Assembly: GCF_963921235.1 (NCBI RefSeq)
Contig: NC_086097.1
Location: 42,534,001 to 42,598,000 of the forward strand
From: Mobula hypostoma
Taxonomy: Eukaryota
Direction: 5' to 3'
DNA: 64,000 bases
Under the pieces are notes generated by a model. That model searched no databases and was not told the DNA's origin. It saw only the letters and a program-made list of their open reading frames with translations. Shown here piece after piece: positions 48,505-62,824 of the stretch (its first letter is position 1; each line of letters starts with the position of its first letter). Both the position numbers and the translations under genes were made by a program.

Positions 48505-51500
48505 AGAATCAGAATCCGGTTTATTATCACTGGCATGTGTCGTGAAATTTGTTAACTTATTAGCAGCAGTTCAATACAATACATAATCCAGCAGAGGGGG
48601 AAAAATAATAAATAAAATATAATAATAAATAAGTATATCAATTACAGTGTACATATATTGAATAGTTAACAAAATGTGCAAAAACAGAAATGCTGTATAT
48701 TACATGTCTATCCACGGCCTCCTCTACTGTAAAGATGAAGCCACACTCAGGTTGGAGGAACAACACCTTATATTCCGTCTGGGTAGCCTCCAACCTGATG
48801 GCATGAACATTGACTTCTCTAACTTCCGCTAGGCCCCACCTCCCCCTCGTACCCCATCTGTTACTCATTTTTATGCACACATTCTTTCTCTCACTCTCCT
48901 TTTTCTCCGGCTGTCCCTCTGAATATACCTCTTGCCCATCCTCTGGGTCACCCCCCCCCTTGTCTTTCTTCCCGGACCTCCTGTCCCATGATCCTCTCGT
49001 ATCCCCTTTTGCCTATCACCTGTCCAGCTCTCGGCTCTATCCCTCCCCCTCCTATCTTCTCCTATCATTTTGCATCTCCCCCTCCCCCTCCAGCTTTAAA
49101 ATCCCTTACTCACTCTTCCTTCAGTTAGTCCTGACAAAGGGTCTGGGCCTGAAACGTCGACTGTGCCTCTTCCTATAGATGCTGCTTGGCCTGCTGCGTT
49201 CACCAGCAACTTTGATGTATGTTGCTGTATATTACGTTTGTAAAAAAAAAAGTGAGGTAGTGTCCAAAGATTCAATGTCCATTTAGGAATCAGACGGCAG
49301 AGGGGAAGAAGCTGTTCCTGAATCGCTGAGTGTGTGCCTTCAGGCTTCTGTACCTGCTTCTTGATGGTAACAGTGAGAAAAGGGCATACACTGGGTGCTG
49401 GGGGTCCTTAATAATGGACGCTTCCTTTCTGAGAAACTGCTCCTTGAAGATGTCCTGGGTATTTTGTAGGCTAGTATCCAAGATGGAACTGACTAGATTT
49501 ACAATCCTCTGCAGCTTCTTTCGGTCCTGTGTAGTAGCTCCTCCATACCAGACAGTGATGCAGCCTGTCAGAATGTTCTCCATGATACAACAATAGATGT
49601 TTTTGAGTGTATTTGTTGACATGCCAAATCTCTTCAAACTCCTAATGAAGTATAGCTGCTGTTTTGCCTTCTTTATGACTACATCGATATGTTGGGACCA
49701 GGTTAGATCCTCCGAGATCTTGACACCCAGGAAATTGAAACTGCTCACTCTCTCCACTTCTGATCCCTCTATGAGGATTGGTATGTGTTCTTTCGTCTTA
49801 CCCTTCTTGAAGTCCACAATCAGCTCTTTCGTCTTACTGAATTTGAGTGCCAGGTTGTTGCTGTGGCACCACTCCACTAGTTGGCATATCTCACTCCTGT
49901 GCACCCTCTCGTCACCACCTGAGATTCTACCAACAATGGTTGTACCGTCAGCAAATTTATAGATGGTACTTGAGCTATGCCTAGCCACACAGTCATGTGT
50001 ATATAGAGAGTAGAGCAGTGGGCTAAGCACACACCCCTGAGGTGCGCCAGTGTTGACCATCAGCGAGGAGAATATGTTATCACCAATCCGCACAGATGTG
50101 GTCTTCTGGTTAGGAAGTCAAGAACCCAATTGCAGAGGGATGTATAGAGGCCCAGGTTCTGCAACTTCTCAATCAGGATTGTGGGAATGATGGCATTAAA
50201 TGCTGAGCTATAGTCAATGAACAGCATCCTGACGCAGGTGTTTGTGTTGTGCAGGTGGGCTAAAGCCGTGTGAAGAGCCATTGAGATTGCATCTGCAGTT
50301 GACCTATTGTGGTGATAGGCAAATTGCAATGGGTCCAGGTCTTTGCAGAGACAGAAGTTCAGTCTAGTTATGAACTAGACTAGTTCAGTCTGGCCGTTGT
50401 TTGGCACACCAAGGGTCTGGCCTGACAGCCTGGCTCAAATTCAAAAGCCTAAGATCTCAGGGCTCTGAAGACAGGCAGATCAAGGGTCGGTGTCATGACA
50501 GGACACCCGTGTGTCGTCGGGGGAGACAGGATATCTGCCGTGGGCCCAAAGACCTGGGATCTTTGCGATCTTCGGGCACAGAGCTCAAAAAAGCAACGTA
50601 ACGGACTTTTAACATCGTAAACCAGTGAGTTGTTTGTTATGTCTCCCCACTCGCTGGGAAAATGGAGACACCTTTTTCTCCCTTATTAGGGAGAGGGAAA
50701 ATCTGTGGTTTGTCGATGCAGGGTGTAACACAAAGACTTTGGGGTTACTGCAAGTCTGTGTCTTTGCTATTGCTTTGCTCACGCTTGAAGTGCTTGGTGA
50801 CGGTGCTGATACCTGCTTTTTTTTTGCCAGTGGGGGAAGGGGGGGCTTGTTGCTCACTGCCACTTCTGTGCGGCGAGGGAGCTGGGGGGGGGGACTTTGG
50901 GGTTCTCACGTCTAACTGTCATTCATTCTTTGGGGCACTTCTCCGTTTTCATGGATGTTTGCGAAGAAAAAGCATTTCAGGATGTATGTTGTATACATTT
51001 CTTTGACATTAAATTGGACCTTTGAACCTTTGACCTTCGAACCAACCTCTCAAAGCATTTCGTCACTGTCCATGTGAGTATTACTGGGCGATAGTCATTA
51101 AGGCAGCTCACAATATTCTTCTTAGGCGCTGGTATAATTGTTGCCTTTTTGAAGCAAGTGGGAACTTCTGCCCATAGCAGTGAGAGGTTGAAAATGTCCT
51201 TGAATACACCCGCTAGTTGGTTGGCACAGGTTTTCAGAGCCTTACCAGGTACTCCATTGGGACCTTCCACCTTGCAAGGGTTCACTCTCTTTAAAGACAC
51301 CCTAATATCAGCCTCTGAGACGGAGATCATAGCGTCATCAGGTGCAGCAGGGATCTTCACAGCTGTAGTTGTGTTCTCAACATAGAAGGTGTTGAGTTCA
51401 TCTGGTAGTGAAACATCGCTGCTATTCATGCTATTGAGTTTCGCTTTGTGGCAAGTAATGTCTTGCAGACCCCACCAGAGTTGCCGTGCATTCAATATCG

Positions 51501-51620
51501 CCTCCAACCTCCTTCGAAATTGCCTCTTCGCCCTTGAGATAGCCCTCTGTAAATCATACCTGGTTTTCTGGTACAGGCCTGGGTCACCAGACTTGAATGC
51601 CACAGATCTAGCCTTCAGAT
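48505..51620 (-). mobile_element. Rex1/Babar LINE with most of the RT, carrying two nested insertions
   Basis: ORFs 50977-51645 (CLNDYRPVILT), 50060-50329 ([17 protein letters not shown]) and 49290-50093 ([27 protein letters not shown]). Confidence 0.93.
48704..49222 (+). mobile_element. 5'-truncated Neptune-type PLE inserted in the Rex1 3' UTR
   Basis: TSD TGCTGTATATTAC at 48691-48703 and 49223-49235; hammerhead at 49127-49162 with CTGACAA (core G>A). Confidence 0.9.
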
Positions 51621-54294
51621 AAAGGAAGTCCAGATATGGCTTCATCTAGTTTAGTAAACAATGATGAAGGTTTCTTACTCAGCTGAAATGCACACCCTAA
51701 TTTCAGATCAATACTTATTATGGACCAGTCCTGGATATCAGATCTCAGTTACACCATTTACACCATAGCTCTTCACACTCAGCCCAAAACAAAGGGCTGC
51801 ATATGCATGTGTCCAGTTGCTTTAAGAATGCAACACGACAAACTTCTTGCTAAAAAAAAATTTTAAAACAGAAGTCTGAGTACAGGATAAGAGCTTCTAA
51901 CATAGGCTTTATGGAAATGTTTTTTCTTACAGTGGCCATTGAATCAAGCTTCTGCCAGGAGTTGCCTACAGATCACTACAGCTTAACCACAAACTTTATA
52001 CTGAATCTTCATGAAGTTTATGTTAAACTGCAATAAAGTCTTTTGCGTTTCTGAACTAATAGGTTCAGTTTTGAAACATGGCTGAGTTAACGGAATATAT
52101 AAATCTGTATCCTAACATATGCAGTAATATCAAGGAAGCTGAGCAGATGAACTGGATTCTGAAATGTATTTTAATTTCTGAAAGAAGAAGATAATTTCAT
52201 TCACATGGTTTAGTGGCTCCCAAGTAACTGGTCAATGGCCTGAAACTTAAAGGGAAATACTGGCAGTTCCATACACAGCCTTTGGCACTTTTACACAAAA
52301 GTGTCCAGTACGTTTGGCATTTCCATATGATCAAATATGTAAGTTCCAATCTAGACACTGGTGTCCCGGGGTTTTGCAATGGAGCACGAAGTTTGAGCAA
52401 TTCTCAAGCATTTATGTCGGAATTCTGCCTCTCAAGCACTTACATTGGAAATCTGCCTGAAAATATGCTTCCTGCTCTAGGAACATTGTGTTCATTTGTG
52501 TGAATGCTCCAAGAGTGTAGATATTAGGTAATTCACACTAATTTTGGAATTAATTCAATGTAGTCAAATGTTTTTATTTTATTTTTAAAATACTTCAATA
52601 GTTCTTAAAAACATTGTAAATAATTAATATTCAATACCTTCTTCTTAAGTTTTAATATTCATGAATGTCAGAGACAGTCAGAAACAGTTTTGTTGGCGTA
52701 TCTGGCAGTCAGGAGTTTGTTTACTCAGAATGGCATAAAGATCAATGCTGGGACCTTTGTTAGTCAGCTTTGACATGGACAATTTGGGTTCAGAAATCAG
52801 AAGCAATAAATTTAAATTTACAGAAAACATTAAATTCAAGAATACATTACAAAAAAAAGATGCAGATGTAGGTAATGTGATATCTCAAGCCTGCACTCTG
52901 TTCTGCAAAATCATAGCTTAAAGCTCTATTTTCTTACCAATTTCCCATAACCATTGTTGCCTTTAATACCCAAAAAATCTATAATCTCCATTTTAATTAT
53001 ATTTATCCATTGAATAGCTACATCACCTAGGAGCCAGGAATGTCTAACAATCATAATTTTCTGAAACCATGCTGGTTTATTCCTCATCATGTGACAGTGC
53101 AGAGTCATGCTTAGCTCGAAAGCAGGAGGAAAGTACTTTCCAGTATCTGACCCGTCACAGCCTCAAAGAAGTTTACATTCTCATTCTTAGAAACATCTGA
53201 GAATATCAACCCATTTTATTCAATTTCACCTCGTAGACCTCACTTTCTTTCTAAGACTCATCCTGGTGGACTTTCTTTGCACCCCTTCCAAGAGGATAAG
53301 CTTCCTCAGGTAAAGTGTGAAAGCAATCCAGGGCATAGCAGGTGTGTTCTCACAATACTTGGTATAACTTCCTTACAGTACAACTTCCTTCACCTTTTAT
53401 TTCAACCCTCTTTGAAAAGGAATATATCTCAATTCCCTTCTTATTTATTTATCATAGTTACACATTCTGCAATTCATTCTCAACATCATATCTCCCCAAA
53501 TGTAAATATTAATTAGTCTCACATTGTTGGAAATACAGTACTCTGATTTTCCATTCTTCCTTGTAAAATGGATAATCTCATATTTCTCCATTTTAGATGG
53601 TGACACTTAACACTTTCTATATCCTCCTCACAACACGTAGTTTCAAAAAAAACTTACATACATTGTACTTAGTCTCTCCATCTAAGTCACTCATATAGGT
53701 TGTTTAAATAACTGAAGCCTGAGGGTTCCCAACCTGGCCCTCCTGACAATGATTTCAATGTTTTCTGTCTGTTAGCTAATATTTAATTAACATTAATATA
53801 TTACCCCCTAATCCTATGAGCTATAATCTTGTATAATACTATTTTGTTAATCTTCCAAAATTGTAAGTGCAAAACATCTTATCAGTTTCTTCTTATCTCC
53901 ATCCCTAAAAAAAACATTAACAAGAATTGTCTTTCATAAAACCACATTGACTTGGCTAGGTGCCAAATGTCCCGTTATCGTGCTTAAAAACAAATGCTTA
54001 CAAATTGGATGTCCGCCTACTTCAGTGGCCTATCCGAAGAACCTACGGATTCTGTTTCATTACTTGCCCCTTTCTCAGACAACAGTTCAAAATCCTTGGG
54101 AATCATTGAAGAACCAAATGAATTCCAAAAAATCAAAACTGCTGCATCAATGCCATCATCACTTTTTGAAAACTCAAGTATAGTGGTCTAAAGGATTATG
54201 GGCTTTTTTACTCCATTAATTTCTACTACAATATTTTGGTTGTAACATTCTCATTTTGAATTTTGCTGTGGTTACCCATAATTTCTTCGATCAT

Positions 54295-55580
54295 GGAAGG
54301 TATCTTCTTTGGAAAGTATTGTAAGGGATCGGATATATAAGAATTTGGACAGAGTGGGATTGATTAGGGATGGTCAATGTGGCTTTGTGAGTGGTAGATT
54401 GTACCTTACAAATCTTACAGAGTTTTCTAAGGAAGTTACCAGGAAAGTTGATGAAGGCAAGGCAGTGGATGAAGGTCGCACATGAGAGATTGGTTAAGAA
54501 GGTTCATTCAAGATGAGGTAGTAATTTGGATTAGACATTGGCTTTGTGAGAGAAGCCAGAGAGTGGTAGTAAAGTGTTGCCTCTCTGGTGGTCTGTGACT
54601 AGCAGCGTGCCACGGAAAATGGTGCTGAGTCCATTGTTGTTTGTCATCTATGATCAATGATCTGGATGACAATGTGGTAAACTGGGTTGGCAAAAATTTG
54701 CAGATGACACCAAGACTGAGGGTGTAGTGGACAGCAAGGAAGGGTCCACTATGGCTTGCAAATGGACCTGGACCAACTGGAAAAATAGGCTGAAAAATAG
54801 TAGATGGAAGTTAATGGAGACAAGTGTGAGGTGTTGCACTTTGGGAGGACCATCTAGAGTAAGGCTTATACGGTGAGCAGTAGAGCACTGCGGAGTACGG
54901 TCGAACAGAATGACCTGGGAATACAGATCTGTAATTCCTTGAAAGTGACAGCACAGGTCATAAAGAAAGTTTTTGGCTAATTGGCTTCATAATTCAAAGT
55001 ATTGAGCACAGGAGTTGAGATGTTATGTTGAAGTTATATAAGACATTGGCAAGGCCTAACTTGGAGCACTGAGTGCAAGTTTGGTCATCTACCTGCAGGA
55101 AAAATTGTCAATATGTTTGAAAGAGTCCAGAGAAAATTTACAAGGATGTTGCCAGGACTTGAGGACCTGAGATACAGGGAAGGGTTAAATAGGCTAGGAC
55201 TTTATTCCCTGGAGCACAGAAAATGAGGAGAGGCTTGATAAATTTATACTAAACTATGACGGATATAGAGGGGGTAAATTCAAGCAGGCTTTTTCCACTG
55301 AGGTTGGGTGTGACTACAACTAGAGGTCATGGGTTAAGGGTGAAAGGTGAAATGTTTAAGGGGAACTTCTTCACTCAGAGGATGGTGAGAGTAACGAACA
55401 ACGGCAGAAGTGGTGGGTGTGTGTTCAATTTCAATGTTTAAGAGAAATTTGGATTGGTACAGGATATGGAGGGTTATGATCCAGGTGCTGGTTGATGGGA
55501 CTGGGCAGTTTAACAGTCCAGCATGGACAAGATGGGTCGAAGGACCTGTTTTGGTGCTGTAGTTTTCTATCACTCCATGC
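54295..55580 (+). mobile_element. CR1 LINE, decayed; same subfamily as 26400-27915
   Basis: KFADDTK; NSSRLFPLRLGVTTTRGHGLRVKGEMFKG. Confidence 0.88.
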
Positions 55581-57117
55581 TGACAATTAACAGTTCTATT
55601 CCACTACAAGTTCCTTATTCCCCATTATAATTTTTCTGCCTCTGTCTCAGAAAGTTTATTAATCTTTTCTTGCTGATGTATTATCAAATTCTACCTTTTT
55701 TCTCCCTCTTTAACAATTTTTTTGAAATCCTTTGTTAATCTTCAAAATCCTCCAAATCCTCCACTCATAACATTGAAATCCTGCTTCAAATCCAATATTA
55801 CTTAACATTTGTGCTTAGAAATTGCTGAACCACTTCTCTGGTGGAATTTTTATCAAACCACATTAGGGACACCAAATATGATTATAAGGCAAACTTGACA
55901 CCATCAACTTTTGTTTCAGCCCACTGAAGAGCAGCACTCTAAAAAAGAAGGCCCCAACATTCCAAGCACCACAGGATGTAACACAAACTTTGTGGTTAAA
56001 TGGTCCTGACCTAAATTGGAACGTCAGTTTAAATGAGTTGAGAGGATAGAGTGCAGGTGGAGGAGAAAATAAAAAACTCAGTGCTAGAAGTATATAAGAG
56101 AAGAATCATGAAGTTTATGAGTAGGTCAACAAACCCATCTAAATTTCATGCAGTTTGAAGTCATTCTAAGATGAGTAGAATGCCATCAATGAAAATTTAA
56201 TAAAACAGGTTAAATCTTGATTAGAGTGGTTCTGTTGCACTTTGAATATATAGTCTCCATATCACTATACAACTCCATTAATCAGACAGACTTGGCAATT
56301 TGGTAGTGCCAAACCAACAGATTTTCTGGACTATTGAATGTTAATGTAAACACTTTTTTAATTACCTTTTGCTCAAATGTTATCTGGTAGAATGTTCCAG
56401 TGAAGTTGCTAAGGAAACAAGGGCCTGGTAGGCTTCAAGGGAGCATGGTACAGGATCAAATGCATTCCAAGAGAGTGTGGAAAGTAAAAGAGAGAGCACA
56501 GAAACCAAAGCCCCAGTAAGCTTAAAGAGAGTGCTGTGGATGAGGATCCAGTGAGCTTAAAGGGAGCATGAGAGTCAGGGCCTTCAGTATTTAAAAGAAG
56601 GCGTGGGAATCCACACCCTGGTGAATCCCAGGAAAGCACAAGAGCCAAGGCCCTGTAAGTGACAACGGAATATCGGGAAAAGGGCCCCAGTGAATTCGAA
56701 GGGGGTGCAGGAATCAGCATCCTGTTAAGTTGTAAAGGATCACAATAAACATCATCTGATGGGCCTAATACTGAATCTTCAGGATTTCCCAACAGTTGGA
56801 TAGTGGATTATCAGAGTTTTATATTAAAAATAAACCCAAGAAGGAGCTTGAAATGTTAAGTATCAAGAATAAGAGAAAAAGAGATAAGTCTCCATTGGCA
56901 TTTCATTTTGAACTTAACATGATGAAAGTTTGTTTAGTCTGGAGCAACATTTTATAACAGTAACATTTTCTACTATGAATGAATTCCAATACCTATACTT
57001 CAACATTTTAACAATAATTGAAGTGGGAACAATAAAATAATTGTACTAGCATTCAAGACCCACATTAAAGTTGCTGGTGAACGCAGCAGGCCAGGCAGCA
57101 TCTATAGGAAGAGGTAC

Positions 57118-57153
57118 AGTCGACGTTTCAGGCCGAGACCCTTCGTCAGGACT
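57118..57153 (-). ncRNA. Minimal hammerhead ribozyme motif, intact core
   Basis: Identical to the motif at 8437-8472. Confidence 0.85.
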
Positions 57154-58006
57154 AACTGAAGGAAGAGTTAGTAAGAGATTTGAAAGTGGGAGGGGGAGGG
57201 GGAGATCCAAAATGGTAGGAGAAGACAGGAGGGGGAGGGATGGAGCCAAGAGCTGGACAGGTGATTGGCAAAGGGGATATGAGAGGATCAGGGGACAGGA
57301 GGTCTGGGGAGAAAGACAAGGTGGGGGGGGGGAACCCAGAGGATGGGCAAGGGGTATAGTCAAGGGACAGAGGGAGAAAAAGGAGAGTGAAAGAAAGAAT
57401 GTGTGTATAAAAAAAAATAACGGATGGGGTATGAGGGGGAGGTGGGGCATTAGCAGAAGTTAGAGAAGTCGATGTTCACGCCATCAGGTTGGAGGCTACC
57501 CAGATGGAATATAAGGTGTTGTTCCTCCAACCTGAGTGTGGCTTCATCTTTACAGTAGAGGAGGCCGTGGATAGACATGTCAGAATGGGAATGGGGTGTG
57601 GAATTAAAATGTGTGGCCACTGGGATATCCTGCTTTCTCTGGCGGACAGAGCATAGGTGTTCAGCAAAGCAGTCTCCCAGTCTGCGTCGGGTCTCGCCAA
57701 TATATAGAAGGCCACTTCGGGAGAACCAGACGCAGTATATCACTGACTGGGGTGATATACTGCATCCGGTGCTCCCAAAGTGGCCTTCTATATCTCCCTC
57801 TAACTATACCACTTGCCCATCCTCTGGGTTCCCCCCCACCTTGTCTTTCTCCCCAGACCTCCTGTCTCATGATCCTCTCATATCCCTTTTGCCAATCACC
57901 TGTCCAGCTCTTGGCTCCATCCCTCCCCCTCCTGTCTTCTCCTACCATTTTGGATCTCCCCCTCCCCCTCCCACTTTCAAATCTCTTACTAGCTCTTCCT
58001 TCAGTT

Positions 58007-58042
58007 AGTCCTGACGAAGGGTCTCGGCCTGAAACGTCCACT
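58007..58042 (+). ncRNA. Minimal hammerhead ribozyme motif (core intact, one stem I mismatch)
   Basis: AGTCCTGACGAAGGGTCTCGGCCTGAAACGTCCACT. Confidence 0.78.
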
Positions 58043-61000
58043 GTACCTCTTTCTATAGATGCTGCCTGGCCTGCTGCGTTCACCAGCAACTTTTATGTGT
58101 GTTGCTTGAATTTCCAGCATCTGCAGAATTCCTGTTGTTAGCATTCAAGACCACTGGTTTTGACAAAATGGGTGAGAAACAATGAACTGTAACTAGAAAA
58201 AAAGGTATGAGAATGATAAGTGAAAAAAATTAAAGATTTATTACAACTATAATGTCTGTATTGTAAAATAGATGAATAACATATAAATCTAAATATAAGG
58301 AATTGAATAAGATTAAGGAAAAAAATAATTTAGAGCTATAATTGTTTGAAAGGACCTTAAGAAATTGATATAAGATGTGCAAAATCAAATGGACATCCAT
58401 AATAACATCTCCCAGTATCTACTGCTCTTAACCTTAATGCTAAACCATTTGTTTTAAAGACATCATTTGCAACAGAAAAGTAGACGACCTTCCACGCAAC
58501 ATTCTATAGGGAAAAAATCAAGCAAAGGAAACGTTCATTGAAAATTCAGACCCGATCCTTAAAGTAAAGAGAGAATGGAACCTGAATAGCAAATGAAGAG
58601 AGTGCATAAGCCAGCTGGATTTTGGAAGAAACTTTTCAAAGCTTCTTAGACACAGGAAAGATGCCAGAGGAAAGAAAAACTAATGTAATCATGATCTTTT
58701 AGAAAAGAAGATTAGAGAAATGATGTGTGAAACACCGGCTTGTAAATTTGGTACATGTAAAGGAGAAAAACACTGGATTAAGATTGGAATCGATTTTAGC
58801 CTGGAAATGTTGAATCTAGCTAACTTTACAGCAGGTGGTGATAGTTGAGATAAATATATACAATGGAAAGAACCTTATCGATAGCAAAGTGGCATCAACG
58901 TAGCAGTTCGCATTTGTAGATGACAAGCAGGAGAGGTCAGCTGATCCATGGAGACTGCTCCATACTCACCATGGCTGGAGCCCTTGAGTAAATATTTCCT
59001 AAGATCACCTCAGTTGTTTCCAGGAATATTTCAAAGGATTATTTCAAAAAAATAAAAAGATTTGACCTAAATCCCCTTACAATAACCAATGCAAGGTAAA
59101 AATCCATCAGAAAATGTTTCTTTGAAGCAAACAACCTTGAAATTCAAATTTGATGGGACCACAGAGCTCTCAACTATACAGTTCAATATCATCAATATCA
59201 TGCATAGCATGTTTAACACTCCAAAAAAGGAATTAATTTATTGGCAAATATCACATGTCAGGCCTTAAGTAAGTGTAACAATTATGTGGAGAAATTTGTC
59301 AGCCAAAATGACTAACATCATTATTTAAAATGACTTGACTTCAAGTTTAATACCCTAAACTGTTGGCTTATTTCACTATTGCCCCTCTCTTTGAACTAAA
59401 GGTGTGACAGGATTGCAGGTGTTCGAATGGAATGACTCACTGGACAGATACATTGCATTTAATAGTGAGCTGTTTACAAAATGACCAAATCTGAAAATTT
59501 ACCCCTTCACTGACTTTAAACTAACATAGGAAGTGAATTTCAACATACTGAGGTCAATATTAACGGCCATTATTTGGTGCTAATATACCATCAGTACCCT
59601 CGAAATGGATTGATGACTACAAAACCCCATTACACCAACAGCTCCATTTTGAAAGGTGTGTAACACTAAATGTCCAACACAGTAACCCATTTTGGACACA
59701 CTGAAAATTAGAATTAAAGTCCAATGACAAAAATAAGGATCAGACTCATTTCTATTTTTGCCCAGAACTTCTGGCCCATACAGGAACTGTAAAATTATCT
59801 GGGCCACTATTACTAAAGATTCATACAGTATCTCAAATTAAACTCCCACCCTGCAGTCTACATTCAGGGACCAATCCACCAAAATATATAGCGAAGATTG
59901 TCTGGCACCTCCACAAGTCATCTGTCAAAATTTCAGTGAGATCAGTCTCAAAAATCATAGACACTTGAGTCAACACAAACTTTGTCCATTTCTGACCAAA
60001 CATAGCACTTGGGATCCTATTAATGTTTAGACCCCTGAACTTACACTTCAAGTGGGACTATTTAATAGAAGTAAACATGCATGGGGACATTTGATGGATG
60101 ATTCTTTCAAAGTGAATCCTGTTCACTCACCAGCAGGTGTTCACTCACTCCTGTTCACTCACTCACTCATTAACAGGTAGTACAAATAAAGACCCAGTTT
60201 TGATGTAGTTTCCTGCCAGATTTTAAAAATAGAAACTGACTGTGGTATCCACTGCTTTAGACTGAACAATGCACTATTGCTTCTTGGAAAGTTCAATAGC
60301 TGCAAGATTATAAATTATGTGGTTTTCCCCTCCAGTAAGATTCTCCAAGAGATAGGGAGTTTTCTGAAGATTAAAGTTACATAGATCAGAAAATATTATC
60401 TCCCTTATGGGATAATCCTTCAGTTTAGATCATGAAGAAGGCTTATTTTGACTCTGGGCAAAGAAAGAATATAACACCCTCGAGATATGTTTGAAGCTAA
60501 CAGATGTTCTTCAGCCAAAGGAAAAATATTGCATTTGCATCAGCATTTGAGATCCATAGCTTCAGAAAGTCTTTGAAAAGCCTTAGGCAGAGGCTTTGTA
60601 CTTACGGGTTTAAATGCTTTTTTCATAATCTTCTAAAAGTGTCCTGATTCTGTGCAAGGTAAATGGCTTGCCAAATACTAAGGGTTTTAATGTTGCTTAA
60701 GAATTCATGAGATTCAATGAAATGGAGGGGTTATTGAAAGATCCATATGAATGGTCAAATTTGAGAGATAGTAAAACATGGTTAAAGACCCACTTGTGCA
60801 AAGTAAGAGAGAGAAAAAGATAAGGTTAGAAAGTTTACCTACTCAGTGAGACCATTGCTTTCAACCAGACTATAAGAATTACTACATAAAAATACTTTTT
60901 AAAATATATAAATTAATAAAAATCCAACTTTGAAAATGACTTGTGAGTAAATTTCTGATCACAAAGCCTCTTGGGAACTGATTGAACTCAGATATTCAAG

Positions 61001-61799
61001 TTTATGCTCTGTCCAAAGACATAGCAAAGAATTGGGCTGAGTTCTGATAAAGAACCTTTGACCTGAAGCTGTTTTACATTCCACAGGTGCTGAGGGTTTC
61101 CAGCAGTTCTGTTCCTTATTTATTTCAGATTTCTAGCAACAAAAATTTGACTCAACATTTAGGGCTTTTCCTTTCAGTAAAATAATGGTGAAAGTGATGC
61201 TGTTTGCACACCATCAGAGGAAAGCAAAAGAGAGAGGAGAGAGTTAACACTTCAGGTTGAGCACCTTGCATTAGGTTCCATTTCTAGGCCATTCAGCCCA
61301 TCAAGATTCCTCCCTTCAACCCTTCCATAATTGACCCCACCTGTATAACTCGAATCACTACCCTCAGTATGGTGAGGTATGACACTTTGATCATATTCAC
61401 TACAATGAACTTTGTTAATTTTTTAGTTCTAATTGTGTTTGCTTGTACAAATTTTATATAATTTAAGTTTTCTTTTCTTTTGAACGCTAGACCTCTATTA
61501 TCTGTGATGCTGCTGCAAGTTTTTCATTGCACCTCTGTATACATGTAATTGTACATATAACAATAAACTCAGCTTGACTTAACTCAGTCTGCTATTCAGT
61601 AAGAATGTGGCTGTTCTGCATTTTAATTCCCATCTTCATTCCAATTTATTACTGTAGTCTATCAAAAACATATTGATTTCAGGTTTGAATTCATTAGTTT
61701 ACTATACTTTATATGCGGAAAAAGTTCCATTCATTGACCATGCTTACAGAATAATTTTCCTAAATTTTCACCTGAATATCCTGAGTCAGCTTATAAAAT

Positions 61800-62260
61800 T
61801 AAGATCATAAGACATAGGTGCAGAATTAGGCCATTTGGCCCATCAAGTCTGCTCCACTATTCAATTATGGCTGATCTTTTTTTCCCCTCCTTGGCCTTCT
61901 TCCCGTAACCTTTGAATCCGTGTCCAATCAAGAACCTATCAAGCTCTGCCTTAAATACACCTAATGACCTGGTCTCTACAGCTGCCTCTGGTAATAAATT
62001 CCACAAATTCACCACCCTCTAGCTCAAGAAATTTCTCCACATCTCTGTTTTAAATAGGCGCCCCTCTATCCTGAGGCTCTGCCCTCTTGCCCTCTTGCCC
62101 TCACCATGGGAAATAGCCTTTCCACACCTACTCTTTCTAGGCCTTTCAACATCTGAATTGTTTCAATGAGATCTCCCCTCATCCTTCTAAATTATAGCAT
62201 GTACAGACCCAGAGCCATCAAGTGTTCCTCGTATGATAACCCTTTCATTCCCAGAATCAC
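61800..62260 (-). mobile_element. CR1 3' end
   Basis: Closely similar to 29400-29880. Confidence 0.88.
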
Positions 62261-62367
62261 CCCAGAATCAATTCTCTTTATCTTAGTCCACTCAGCTCAT
62301 ACAGAAAAACATGTTTTTTCTATCCACTCCATCAATTCCTTTCAAAATTCTAAAAAATGCAAAATAG

Positions 62368-62374
<7 letters not shown>

Positions 62375-62402
<28 letters not shown>
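62375..62402. repeat. (CA)n microsatellite
   Basis: Read directly. Confidence 0.95.
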
Positions 62403-62405
<3 letters not shown>

Positions 62406-62824
62406 CCTTCTTAATTCGAGAGAATTAAAAGTAGGTTTATGAAACCTCCCTTCATAAGCCAGACCTTAAAGTCCAGATAATATTCTAATAGATCAGCTCA
62501 ACACTCCGACAAAGTCCAATTTATCCTTTCAAAGGCTGGAAGATGACTCCAGATCTGGTCAAACTGGCTTTTATACTTCCTCACATTTATATTGCATGAT
62601 TTTAATCAATTCAATATACACAAACTGTAATTGATTTACTTAGTTCTTTTTCTCTTCTGTATTATGTATTGCATTGAACTGTTGCTGCTAAGTTAACAAA
62701 TTTCACGACATGCTGGTGATAATAAATCTGATTCTGATTATTATAAAGGGAAATTTGTATTAATCTTTTTAATTATCACCCAGTTAATTACGAGATGACA
62801 TGTTCCTGTTCACTAATATTTATT

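Larger units (their letters stand above)
57061..58138. mobile_element. Neptune-type PLE fold-back insertion
   Basis: TSD TAGCATTCAAGACC at 57047-57060 and 58139-58152. Minus arm 57061-57743 with GIY-YIG (ORF 57450-57743). Plus arm is internally deleted. Palindromic junction GCAGTATATCAC...GTGATATACTGC. Confidence 0.93.

Noticed and set aside
49290..50093. Longest ORF (267 aa) as a functional or domesticated RT
   Set aside because: Ordinary Rex1 fragment with the catalytic ADD changed to ADG, upstream frameshifts and nested insertions.
56409..56792. 127-aa minus-strand ORF in a GC-richer patch
   Set aside because: No convincing splice sites or recognisable domain; the short repeated GCTT(A/C)AAG(G/A)GAG words are too weak to interpret.
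60118..60170. Three TGTTCACTCAC copies
   Set aside because: Simple slippage-type repeat with no further structure.
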